From assembly GCA_051362555.1 (NCBI GenBank), contig CM120643.1, positions 14,606,644 to 14,670,643 on the forward strand: a stretch of 64,000 nt of DNA, written 5' to 3'. The first letter of the stretch is position 1; each line of letters starts with the position of its first letter. Both the position numbers and the translations under genes were made by a program. The notes below the pieces were generated by a model, which worked only from the letters and a program-made list of their open reading frames with translations, did no database searches and was not told where the DNA came from. Origin of the DNA: Lingula anatina. Lineage: Eukaryota > Animalia > Brachiopoda. Positions 10,854-23,794 of this stretch are shown piece after piece.

Positions 10854-13800
10854 AGCAGTAGGGTCACTCTCTCTGTCAGCATATTCCGAAAGTATGTAAA
10901 CAATTACTGATACTTCTTATCATACTGGTAACTTGCTTATTAACACCTAATTGAAAACATGAATAACATGTTGAAACTTTGAGACTAGCTGCAACATGTT
11001 ATTCATGGTACAACAACAATGCTGCAACGGTTCTTAAAATAAACATTGTTGACTAATTCTTGCTATCTTACCAAAGCTGATGACATTTTATAAAAACAAA
11101 AATCAAACTGAATCTCAGGGTCATTGTATTTGCTTAGAGCTAATAATATCCATTTCCAGCTCCTAGATCACTGTTTTTCCTTACTGGTGAAAAATCTAGA
11201 AAATGAAACTGAGCTGCAATTATATGCATGTAATTTGTTCAGCGTGGGTGTATTAATGTTTGTCATTCCTAATGACTGCCATAGCATCCAAAATGACATT
11301 TTTAAGAATTTTGGTCAAATGTATAATATAGATATGCAGAGGAAGAAACTGAAAACATATGCAATGCACTATTTCTTTCTTTTTTTGGGGGGCAAAAAAG
11401 AAAAAAAATTCCAATTCTCGAAAAAACCCATTTTAATTTTATTATTCCTTTTTATTCTTAGAAAAATTAAATTTCCACTATTTCTTTTATTACTTAGAAA
11501 ATATCCTTCCAAAAAACCTTCAAAATTTATGAAAAAAATAACGTCACTAACAGTTTGCCTGCGTCAGTTAATAATAGAAGCATTTCTAAGAACTTTACGT
11601 GATAAATACTAGCTATTACGGTAAATAATCTCTACATATGAACATATTTCTTCTCAAAACAGTAATCAGTTATGACATTTAGATATTGAATAGATATTTA
11701 AAAATTGGGGGAAGTAATTTGGGTCCATGACAAAAAAACAATTAATTTCTTTGCACAAGTGATAAATGATAAATGATAATTCTTGAAAAAGAAACTACTG
11801 AAATGAATGAGGAATTTGAAATTTGTGGTTTATTACCATAGTTTCATGTGCTAAAGCCTCCACAACTAAACATAGAACAGTCAGGTAAAAGACACACTAT
11901 AAATGGCCTCATACAGATTACTTCCTGACATGCTACAAACACAGTGCCCTTGGCGAGAATGCCAAAAAGCTTGCCTGTGCATGCAATCACTGAAAAACAA
12001 TACAACGTAAAGCACAGCCTGTCGTCATGCAACGTAACAATGACATAAAATTTGACACCAAGAATTCCTGCCATGATCTGATATGTTGCAGAGGGGAGGA
12101 AAAAAACAGATAAATTTCCTGGATTTTGCCAGCGCATGTGAACACCTGTGTGGGCGCTTGCATGCGACTTTTCCTAGAGCCAATGGGTCGATCAATTTCT
12201 CCTGAATTTCATTAAGATACCTGGTACACACAATGTGGAAGTAAACATATCTGACCACAAATGGAAAAAATAGCACTGATGACATGGGAAGAAGATGCAA
12301 ATATAACCACAGATTCACGTTTTGTAGGTCATACATTTCCTCCACCATGGAATACAAAACAACAAGTAATTAATGAAAACCATGCACATTTCTCAAACAA
12401 TCTTTCAGTGTGCCTGTAAAGATCCAAATCTGATGTCTTCTTTTCCCTTTCTTTGCAGAAGTCAATTAAATTTTAACTTTCTTTATCTGCAATATGTAAT
12501 GCTTTAATACTCATCTTTTAATCATTACTAATTATTTAACATTGGAATCTCTAATATATCATTTTAGGATGACGGTCTCTTTGGCAGCACTAATTCACAA
12601 AAAAAAATTATTCAGAAAAATTAATGTACAAAGTGCTGGCAAATTTGTCAATTAATATCCAGAGAACTCTATTTATTTTCTCTCTTAAATGTAGCTTTAA
12701 CATCAAATGTGACCAACTTTTTTGAAGTGCATTTAATACTGTCACAGCTTTTGACATGGTCTTTTTTCTTTTGTCCATCCAGGTTCATTCTTTTTCAACA
12801 CCAATGCAGTTTGATTGCTTTCTATAATCAGAAAATCTTCATGACTGACCTTTGCTGAATCTCAGTCAGGGTTTAATTTTGATCATCTAAACATGCTGTC
12901 ATTGATGACTGGATCAAAAATGAGATAACTTACATTTGTTTGCTATCATCCTTAAAATCAGTCACTTGTACAAATAAAAGTGGAGATCTCTTGCAAAGAG
13001 TCACAGTGAATCAAAATCAACAAAGCCAATATACTGGGTCTTAATCGATCGATTTCCAGCTCATCCTACACTGGAAGCAGTGAGTGAATCCTACTGTGTG
13101 CTGTACATCCTGATACCTTTTTTTTTTCAGATGTGCCTATGTTTTCTACTGACAGATTTTTTTTTTTACCTCGGGTGACTTCACTGATAAATGTTATCTT
13201 TTTCATGTCACAAGATTGGGGGTACTTTGCATGTTTTTGCCATTTTTCATTGTTACCAAATTATCTTTCACCATGTCATTTTATGTACTGTATTTAAATT
13301 TTTTGACAAAGCTTCAATGTTGTATCTCAAATATGATATTGCTAATACATTTGTATTCATTGAAGTATTTACCAAATCACCCAAACAAAAGAATGATCAT
13401 TAAAAACCTTTGAACAATTTTATATTTCAAAAGGCCTGACAGACAATTTAGCAGGAATGCGGCATTTAAGCATCCAATCATATGCACCGCTCTCCATGTC
13501 AATTCACAAAATATTTTACTATTCAAAATCACTATCACTTTAATTTTTACAAGGGTAGGGGGGAGGGTTGTTACCCAGTACCAAAATTTTACTCTAGTCA
13601 CTTATCAAATCCTTTACCCTCTTATCTCTGTTATGTTATAAGCAACAGGAATCAAAAACTGCAAACATGCTGAAAACACCCTATATTTACCTTCAAATAA
13701 GTGTCAACAATGGAACGAGGACAAGAAATGCAATTTAGACTAGTTAGGAAATTTAGTTAATTAACCTGTAGGGCAAAGGTCCTACCGTACAAAAACGTCA

Positions 13801-14492
13801 TAGAATAGATCCCTTGCCTTCCCCATCTTTCATTGAAAGGAAAGTCAAGCACCTAATATGATAATGGGGACTATCCAAGTTGGCCTAAAATTATACTTTT
13901 GGCACTATATGATATCCTATGTACTAGATATATGGCACTAGCTATAGTCATATTTTGCCTTATGACGCATAAGAACTTCTTTCACAGCTTTTATCAGCTA
14001 CAGGTTTTCCGCTTTGCAAAGTCATGTCTAGTTAAAACCCACAATGCAACACAAATCTATTGTTTTGGTATTCAAGCAGCTACCAAAGCACGAAAATATC
14101 AAGAGGGTCATGGTAAGGAGGCACGCCTCCAGGATGGCTCTGGAAAAGAACTTCTGTGAACAAAAAATTGATTTATGGCATTTCTCAAGTTGGGTCAGCT
14201 AGAGCGGGGGGAGGGGGTGGGGGGAGAGGGGGCTTAGTTGTCCACTTAAATGTAAACTGAGGATGTACCCTTGTAAAAGCAATGTCCAGGTATAGCTTAC
14301 CCTGCAGCAGTAGTTCAACAAAGGAAAAACTCGTATTTCATCAATACTGGTGATTTTAGTCAACTAAGCCGATCTGAACTTGTTGGAAATATCACCTTCT
14401 ATCTCTCAAAAATAACACAGGTTTAATAATTACACAATAGCAAAAAAGACAAGGAGATAGGAAAGGAAAGGAAAGGAAAGAAGAAAGGATAC

Positions 14493-14575
14493 CTGGTCGC
14501 TGTACCATACTTGAACTCCCTTGATATTGCGATCGTGTCTCTTTAGTATGTTCACTGTCTGGTAAAATGGTTGTC
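14493..14575 (-). CDS. PHAF1: PHAF1 coding exon 2
   Basis: ttttcAG|..|GTatcc; (G)QPFYQTVNILKRHDRNIKGVQVWYSDQ aligns with human [28 protein letters not shown]; phase consistent (64+83=147 nt). Confidence 0.93.
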
Positions 14576-14842
14576 CTGAAAATAAAAATCTTATTTCATA
14601 CAGAAATATCTTAGATTTAACAAATGGCTATGTCTTATCTAATCCCAACCCTTCCCTCACTCCCCCCCCCCTTTTTTTTTGGGCAGGGCGGGATAAGTTC
14701 TGACAGCAATGAAGTTTCACAAACATTACTGTTTTATTTTCAATAACATTACATTGACTATATTTGACTTATCAAATTGGTATAAATTTGTACACACATA
14801 CACACACACACACAAAAAAAAAAAATCTAAACCAAGTCTGCC

Positions 14843-15777
14843 CACGCTCGGCTGTCACCTTGATTGGATAGTAAACGATTGTCGTAAAATCGCTAAATGA
14901 TATTAAAACCGGGTGCATAAACTTGAAAACCACCTACAACAACCTTGGACTACCACATTAATCCAATACAATGCAAACATAAACTATAACAAGTGGTTAA
15001 AGCCTTCAAACCGAATGTCGTAAAGTCCCCATATACCTCCATAGAGACAATAAAATAGAATGAGCTTCTGAAACAAACCTGATCCAGTTCCAACAGAATA
15101 ATCGAAATAAAATACTGCCGGGCATCGGAGCGGCCTAAAACTTGGCACGCTTACCGCTAATACTGCAGGCTACATCATCCCGTCGCTCGTTTGTAAATTC
15201 CGTGCATGGCATACGCACAATCAAACCGTAAAAAACAAATTCTCGGGGTGTCGTTGGCCAGGTCCACTCAACAATCCAATTCAGGAAATGACGTAACCGC
15301 AGAGGTCGCATTGTCCAATGGCATGGCTTCTTTTTCGTAATGGTAGGTTAGAGTGGACCTGGCCAACGACACCCCGAGAATTTGTTTTTTACGGTTTGAT
15401 TGTGCGTATGCCATGCACGGAATTTACAAACGAGCGACGGGATGATGTAGCCTGCAGTATTAGCGGTAAGCGTGCCAAGTTTTAGGCCGCTCCGATGCCC
15501 GGCAGTATTTTATTTCGATTATTCTGTTGGAACTGGATCAGGTTTGTTTCAGAAGCTCATTCTATTTTATTGTCTCTATGGAGGTATATGGGGACTTTAC
15601 GACATTCGGTTTGAAGGCTTTAACCACTTGTTATAGTTTATGTTTGCATTGTATTGGATTAATGTGGTAGTCCAAGGTTGTTGTAGGTGGTTTTCAAGTT
15701 TATGCACCCGGTTTTAATATCATTTAGCGCTTTTACGACAATCGTTTACTATCCAATCAAGGTGACAGCCGAGCGTG
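14843..15777. mobile_element. 935-bp foldback DNA transposon (hAT/P-like), non-autonomous, in PHAF1 intron 1
   Basis: 427-bp inverted arms 14843-15269 and 15351-15777 (one mismatch seen, 14890/15730), 81-bp spacer, CA..TG termini, 8-bp TSD AGTCTGCC at 14835-14842 and 15778-15785. Confidence 0.92.
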
Positions 15778-16256
15778 AGTCTGCCCTCTTTGATGAGTAT
15801 ATCACACAGATTCAGTTTTTTTTTTAGGGCCCTGGGTCTTAACTAAGCCCCTTTAAATTGTGTCGCATCTATCACACTGAGTCTTGAGTGCAAGGCAGAT
15901 CATCATATTTGGGAGTGACTAATATAATGATTTACCAAATCTATTATCACTGAATGCATTAAATGATATTAAAGGGACTGTTCACATAAAATAGTGTTAC
16001 TCAGCAATTCCATCATGCAACGTTCAAATAAGTGTTCAATACTGCCTTAGTGATTGGCCATGAATTAGTAACTAGTGACCCAGCCACCAGCTGATTGGCG
16101 ACCTTGGACTTGACCCATTTTGTTTAACAACTTCATCCGTACCCTTTACGAAAAAAAATTTTGTCAAAATATGCTGAGATAGAACTAATTTTCAGAATCA
16201 TGCTTAATCGAAAACACTGTAATTTAAACTTCATAGAAAACCACTGTAAAAATTCA

Positions 16257-16436
<180 letters not shown>

Positions 16437-16519
16437 TTAGGCATGCGTTTGACACAAAAATGGATGCTTTAATCAAAAATTACAACGCATGTTTTCATTG
16501 TTCCGAGGTTTGTTTTGAT

Positions 16520-16590
16520 CAGCGCCATTTCATATTCAACGCATGCGCAAAAAATTGTATTTCCGGATCAACACCCATACTTCCGGTTCG
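16520..16590 (-). promoter_or_regulatory. PHAF1 housekeeping-type proximal promoter (YY1, NRF1 and ETS motifs)
   Basis: GCGCCATTT (YY1-like, 16522-16530), CGCATGCGCA (NRF1-like, 16540-16549), TTCCGG and ACTTCCGGT (ETS/GABP, 16561-16587), all 110-175 bp upstream of the ATG. Confidence 0.6.
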
Positions 16591-19299
16591 GGCATAACCT
16601 TTGTTACCGTCGGATAACAGGGTAATTTTGTGTACTTATTGACCTTTAGAAGCATCCTGTGTCCCGTAATATTGTCATCAACACTAACGTGCTATAACAG
16701 CAATTTCAATGTATAGTTTTAAGGACATTTATGTCGTTTTAGTAAGTGATGATGGCACTTGCAGTGCCTACCAGCAACACTCAACAGAGCAGTCAGCGCA
16801 CTCTGAGCTTCACGAACCTCAGGGTACAGCTAGGCGATGTATCGTTGGTTTACCACTCCCCTGCACCCACCCTTCCTTTGTATCATAGAAATTCTGTTAC
16901 AGTAAACTCTCGAATCCACGGTGGTTGATCGATATCTTTTCCGTAAGCCTTCTGACGTTTTCGAAGACCGTTTACTCGTTGACTGGCCTTGGATTGGTTT
17001 ATCGGCGTTTTGTGACCTTGAATTTTGTAAAAATTGATGTCATTTTTATCGATTTTTTCAGTTTATCTGCGAAATTGTTTAAGATTTCCAGAAAATGTAT
17101 CTTGGAGTCATTATCCAGCGAATATCAAACCAGCATGTTGGGTGGGGCGTGGGGAAGCCAGGCGTAGTGAGTTGGGGTAAACATCTCTGAAAGAAAAACG
17201 CGATTTTTTTTTCATTCCTTCTTTTGTCGGTGCTTTCCCACAAGCAAGTTAACGTGTCTTTAGCAAAACGTGTTCTTAGATATGTTAATTCTTTTTCTGT
17301 TTGCTATTTTTCTATTGCATTTTACCGGCCACATTTCTCTGCTCTTGATAATTCCCTAACAATTAACAGTTTTATTTCATGTAATGCTGTTATTCGAAAA
17401 ATTCCACCCTAATCGTTCTAATTTTGAAATCTTTTTGTTAAGAGCCAAGCATATTTTATGGAAACAACTGTCGATGAATTGTACCTACAACATACATATT
17501 TGGAGAATGTATTCTCAACCATGCAGTTTTTCGGCCCCTGTCACCCCCCCCCCCCCTCCCGCCACCAACAATATATATAACCTCTTAGCTGGGATTGTGA
17601 AGTGTATGAGGTATTCTTTGATGACCTGAGTCGGTTCGGTCGCTAATTTAGGTAAATACAATGTCCTGATCGCTTTGACGCCTAATTAATTATATACCTG
17701 TACACCGTAATCGGTTGCCTTAACGTCTGAATCAGCCGAAAAAGCTTGCTGAACACGAGCAGTGGCATGTGCATTTTAGAGATCGCTGCCTGCAGGAGTG
17801 CGTGGCGGTAATGACTGTGCTCATGTTCTGATAGTGGGCCCACGAAATACGCATGGGTGTTAGACCCATCTTCAGTTAAGTGGTTACAGCACCACACGGG
17901 CATGAAATTGTTAATTAAGCACGAAAAATGGGAGTGATCATGATTTACACGTTAAACGAGCTGGGTCGGCGTTGTCGCCTATGCGTTCCGGCAAACCCTA
18001 ATATCAACCACTTTTTCGGCTTGCTTAGACATTGACACGATTAAATGCAGTACGTTTTGATTTCATTTACATGTATGTATATATATAATCTAGTTTTAGT
18101 CTTCTTTCAAAACTTGCCCTTGTCCCTTGGTCTAGGTGTCGGACCTTTCCTGAACCAATATCCTCACCATATCCATATATCATAGGTCAAGGGATTCAAG
18201 TGTGTTGGACGTGTTTTCACATCCGGAGAGGGCTGTGCGACGCATCGCAATACCAGACTTAAATTTCATGGCCGTTCAAAATGTTTCGTTTTAGTCCCAT
18301 ATATAATTGACGGTGATTTTCTTTACAATATGAAATATAAATTGAATCAGGGCCTGGTTCATACCGGTTGCGAGACATGCAGGAACTTTCTGCTTTGTTA
18401 AGCGCCGCATATTTGATAAAGATCATCCAAAGCCAGATAAACCACTTCAGTCCTGTGACATTTTACTTGTCAGTTAATCGACTAACCGGGAAACGCAGAG
18501 ACCCCAGAACGGAGTAACTGGTGCTAAGTACATCGGAGGAGTTATTACTAACTCTTAGTACATGTAGGTGTCGGTGGGTTGCCGTTTACTATAGAAAAAG
18601 GCGTGAAAAGTATATTTAATTAATTGGTATCTGTTGGGACTAGAGGTAATGATATCCCTCAAACGAATTTCCTGAAGATACCAGGAAATATGAAATAAAC
18701 ACCAAAAAACAGGCTGCACATTGTGTGGATAGCGGATGATGGAAACCAAAATTGGCGAATAAAAAAGTATCAGCGGTAAATAGAAATACCAAGTTAAATA
18801 CATGTCCAACAATTTTTAAGATGCCTGAAATGACAAGTTTGCATTTCGCACTCACTATTTTGTACCATCCTGACAAAACTATACAAAAGTGAACTTACTT
18901 GACGCTGCAACATTTAGAGGCCATTAGAGATAGTTAGTAGTCAATTGACCTAATTTTATATGTAAAAATGTAGTGAAGAGGACACAAACAAGTGGGTTTT
19001 GTAGAGGTGTCAAGAGTATATATGATTATAGTTTATTTTGAAAACATGATAGTAAACAGAAACGCACTCGAGATGCCTAAAAGTATGAAAACATTTAGTG
19101 TAATATACTAACATCGGTGCAACTCAATAATATTTATAACGTCATTTCATGTAAACAATTATAAATCATTTTACGTTTTGATAGTATGAGGTCACCTTCA
19201 TGTGTTAACGTAAAGTTACAGAAGACGTTTTCTGCGAACAAAAAATAGCGTATTCCGATTGACTGGCAGTCGATCGTCACTTCCCACGGCTTTGTTACA

Positions 19300-19500
19300 A
19301 TCTTATGAATTATGTAGTTGACCTTTCCATATAAGGGAGAAGTCAGTGACGTCGTTCTTCCGATTACGCCTTCATCGCCTTATTTGGAAATCTCCGTGAA
19401 TCAATTTTCCGAACATTCCCGAGGCTGAAATGAGGCAACCAATCAGAGACGACTAGTTGGTTGCGGTTTTGTGAATGAATGAATCGCAGAGTAGAATGCA
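19300..19500 (+). promoter_or_regulatory. CBFB proximal promoter / 5' leader
   Basis: CRE-like GTGACGTC (about 19346), CCAAT box AACCAATCAG (19437-19446), RUNX consensus TGCGGTT (19462-19468); CpG-rich context directly upstream of exon 1. Confidence 0.5.
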
Positions 19501-19502
19501 GC

Positions 19503-19640
19503 ATGCTTCCATTCCTGACGAACGTGTTTTGTTGTGAGGGCGCCCCGCTCACCAGGTTCACCATGCCTAGAGTGGTACCCGATCAGAGAGAGAAGTTTGA
19601 TAACGACGAGTTATTTAGGAAACTCAGTAGAGAGTCTGAA
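19503..19640 (+). CDS. CBFB: CBFB coding exon 1 (canonical ATG 19563; probable upstream in-frame ATG 19503)
   Basis: MPRVVPDQREKFDNDELFRKLSRESE from 19563 (78 nt) is the hallmark CBF-beta N-terminus; donor GAA|GTAAGT; in-frame extension MLPFLTNVFCCEGAPLTRFT precedes it (extension less certain than the core). Confidence 0.95.
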
Positions 19641-19798
19641 GTAAGTTTTAAACGGCGAATTTCCGGGTTTACCAGCCTAACAAGTCGTGGCATGCATTGC
19701 ATATTACTCACGTGGGCCCATATCTAGAACGGGACCCATCCCCGCCAGCACCGATGCAAGCTGCAAGGATTTATCGCTTACAACCTGTTTAATTTCAG

Positions 19799-19885
19799 AT
19801 TCGGTACACAGGATACAGAGACAGACCCTTGGAGGAAAGGCAGTTGAGATTTCAAACCGAAGTACGAGAGGGCCACGCCGACATT
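19799..19885 (+). CDS. CBFB: CBFB coding exon 2
   Basis: tttcAG|..|GTaagt; IRYTGYRDRPLEERQLRFQTEVREGHADI vs human IKYTGFRDRPHEERQARFQNACRDGRSEI; 87 nt. Confidence 0.96.
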
Positions 19886-21870
19886 GTAAGTTATTATACG
19901 TCGTGTTTTCTAAAATTAGATACACGTCACAGCCAAGTCAGGGCATTACTAAATACTGCAAACTCTTGCCAGAACCGCACTGTGATCTAAGCACACTCGC
20001 TGACACTATTGATTTACATGAGTTGAACACAGGCCAACGTGCAAACAAGCTCAGCTGTGCACCCATAAATTCCTTTACTTGATTACTAATGGGTAATTCC
20101 GAACAAAAGGAGAGGGTGTTAAAGTCGTCTAGTGCGCGCATCAGTGAACGCCGCCACACCTTAACAAACTGGTGCGCTATGCGCTGGGTGACACGGAGTG
20201 ATATGCCTAATAACTTCATGCCTATTATCCCCCACCCCATTTTGACACGCGACGAGAAAAACAGTCATCTTTACAAATCTTAAACAGTCACTTTGTCAGC
20301 GCATGTCAAATAAGAGTCAAAGAGGACGTGTTTATATCTGACAGACCTTTGAATAATAATCGGGTAAAAAGGTTTTTGGAATTTAAAATAATGCTAAGGA
20401 ATTTGTAGAACATCCAGGTATGCCAACAATTTTGGGACCATGTTGTATCTAGGAGTCATGCCAGGTAGGGCAAAGTCATTTGTGCTTGGTAGGACAGCAT
20501 AGGATATGTCCCCTCTTTGCGCACGGGAGCCCTTTCCATGTTCTGTGTCTTATCTCAGGCAGGAGATCTAACTGATACCCTTCTGTTTAGTGGCGTCTAC
20601 ACCATTTGTTTAAGGGAAGTGCTCATTAGGTGCAATATGGTGATTCATCAGTGAACCCTCACTCATAGGCAGAGCTATGAATATGACCTTTCTTTATACC
20701 CCATCACTCACTTTTTGGCTACCTGCCTACTGTCTGTGTGTTGTAAATACATATGGTCCTAGTTATCATGACAATAATATGTCGGTCTTATTTATCAAGG
20801 TCAGGTGGTTTGTTTATGATTTTTTTTTCTAGTTGTCAAAAGCTTCTTAAATTACTATGAAGGTTGTCAGTAAAAATTAGGTAGGGCCGTTGTGCATTGC
20901 TGTTATTATTATTATTATTAGTATTCAAAAACAACGACTGTCCATACATGCTAGATAGCAATGTTTCTCTTTGTCGTACAATATAATATGGCGACAACTT
21001 GCATTGACTGGTGGAAAAGTGTATACAGTGCATACACTGGTTGCTCCTTTAAAAACAAAAGAGGTGAAAAAAAAAACAGTAGCAGACTTGAGCAAATCCT
21101 TGCTTTTCTACTGTAAGCTATTACACACCCAAAATGGTTCCTTAGTCCTGCCATGAAAGGCCCATCCCATGTATTGTTAAAATCTAACAATGATTATTTG
21201 ATTCTTTCAATCACACTTGTTGACAAGGTGTAAAGCAAGCAAACAAGTGACCTGGGACCTTCAAAATAGAACAATAAAGCGAGGGTGCTGTCCAGAAAAA
21301 CAGGGCCGTGAAAAGTTTCTTTGTTCTGGAGTTGTGCTCTGAATGTCACCGAAGTTCAAAAGTTGCCATACGTATTTCTCAGATGTGTTCCTTAGAAACT
21401 CCCACGTACTTTTAAGTCCTTTGACGGCAGGTAACACAAGCTTATTGACCATCGATTCTATTGTTCACATTATCAATTCATAACAACTGATCATTTCTGT
21501 ATATAATCAATAGGTATTGGGAATAAACAAACCAGGAAGTGGGGGTGTTCCCATGATCAGAAATGGCTGGCAAAGATTAATATTAACCCAATATTAGTTT
21601 AACAATTAGTCATGACTCTTAGCACTGTAGGTGTGTAAATTTTATTGGGGAATTGACCAGGAGTGAGGGAGTGAATCATACAGATAGTTATTTGCTCTAT
21701 TGTATGGTCTAACTTGTAATCAATATTGTGGAATTGCTGGCATGCCTCAGTGTATCATTTGGCATAGTAATTATGTAATTGTTATCTGTTATGATAACAA
21801 AAGAAATACGGCAGAACTTATTTGATATTTTTTGAGTAATTTAACATTTGAATATTATTGGCCTTTGGCT

Positions 21871-21932
21871 TATAATATAATATAATATAATATAATATAA
21901 TATAATATAATATAATATAATATAATATAATA
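21871..21932. repeat. (TATAA)n microsatellite
   Basis: About 12 perfect pentamer units. Confidence 0.95.
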
Positions 21933-23742
21933 GCCCATTAGTCAGAAAATTAATTCAGTATATTATAGAATAATATATATCTCAGTGAATTTGAAGTTAA
22001 ACCACAGTGGTTATTTAATTTTAACCCAATTTCTCACAAAGTAAAATAGGTTTTGATTATTTATTGAATTTCAAAACAACGTTTGCCTCGCTTGTCTGTT
22101 GCCTTAACCCACAATGGCTGTTTGTTTCGTGAATTATTTAGTGTCAGACTTCACAGGCAAACAGCATGTTGACACCGTTAGATCCAGGATTTTACTACAG
22201 GATGTCACAGGAGTAATAAAATTTGTCATCCCTTTGTTCAGCATGGAAACAATATTATTTCATGAAGCTAAAAGAAATGGAGAGGATGTGCATATGCCTC
22301 TGTGACCCCCCCCCCCCCCCCCCCGCCTTCTCCTCTGGCCTTGACTTAACCTCTTATGTACATAGTATATCCTGTTAACTGTCATTGCATATATGTGTGT
22401 GTGTGTGTGCGTGTTTATAGTTATGCACTGTAAGCCAACAGAGTGCACCATTCATTATTAAAAACAAATAATAAATTTGAAATTTTTCATGGACTGGTAC
22501 TAATACTTGATTTTCATTAAATTTAACTGTCGGATCCCTGGCTAAATTGTAAATAATCAAGGACAATATGTTTTATTGTTCTTTTCATTGTGTGCACATT
22601 TAACAGACAAAGGGGAGTTGGTTTCTTTAACGGACAAATGCGACCAATGGCAGTCTGCCAGTGACATTATTCCTAAGACTGCAATTTGTACTCCTTGTGA
22701 ATTGAGATGAATATTGGTATCTTGGCATATTTTATCTGGTCAACTGAGGACAAAAAAACGCAGGGGTTGTTTTTCTTAGGGATAAGTTCCCAAATAATCA
22801 ACTTATTTGTACTAAAATAAGTTCCACATGTGTGCTGTATGCTTGTATTTAGGCGAGAGTTTTTTAAACCAAGCTTAGATCATCAGGACCTGGAATCTTG
22901 GTGTTCGTACAAAAGTAGGCGAATTCCAATGCATTTTGAACCTATGCGGCAAATAAATTGTATTTGTATTAATTGCACACATTTTATTCTTGGTGCATGC
23001 ATGGAAGAGAAAGACTATATGTAATTTGGGCAATATCCACCTTAATTCACTCTAATATTAAATCTCACTTTTCGCTGTGACAGGTTTCAAATTAATTCTT
23101 AATCAAGCACATTTTTAAATATATGTCATGGTGAAAAAAGGAGGATATTGTTTATTTGTGATCTCTAACCACACTGTTTCTTGTGGGGAAGCAAATGGCA
23201 AAGACTGGAAGAACAGAATGTCGAAAGAAAAGTACATGAACAACTTTTGGAATATTATCTAGAAATGTTGGGGGGATAAATATCATGCTCTCACATGGTA
23301 CTCCTGTTGAAAATAAATTCACATTAAAGAAAACTTTTTTTAGGTTAAGTGTCATCACCAGCTGACCAAATCATTTTAAATGGTTTTCAAACTAACACAG
23401 ATTGTTTTCCGTTTTATGAGAAAGATCAGATTGTTGAGTTTATGTTTCTAGCCATTCAAAGTAGGTATATCAACAACTCTTTTAGCAGCCAATATTTGAA
23501 TATTGCTGAAGCAGTATAATGATGCTTTGTCACACAAAGACAGTTATTATATATATACTTTGCCCTGGTCTCATGCACTGTATAGCATGCTATTTCGACT
23601 AATTTATTGTCAAAAAGGAATCAGTAAGTCTGATTTCAGGAAAAGCTAACATTGCAGTTAATGTTGAATATAAACAATAGATTAGTTGTCTCTGTGTAGG
23701 TACAGTATCTTGTTAAATTGTTCACCTAAGATGAAGCTTTCA

Positions 23743-23794
<52 letters not shown>

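Noticed and set aside
11124-11612. Longest ORF in the track (162 aa)
   Set aside because: Low-complexity F/K/L composition from AT-rich intron, non-ATG start, antisense within PHAF1 intron 2, no recognisable domain.
12900-12930. Minus-strand LIFDP peptide as PHAF1 exon 3
   Set aside because: No suitable splice sites or extended similarity; the true exon 3 is at 10141-10224.
17683-17920. Imperfect hairpins in the intergenic interval as an ncRNA or tRNA
   Set aside because: No cloverleaf, A/B boxes or snoRNA boxes; more likely an old palindromic MITE or chance.
19687-20082. 131-aa ORF overlapping CBFB exon 2
   Set aside because: Wrong frame for the conserved exon and spans intron sequence; a by-product of locally high GC.
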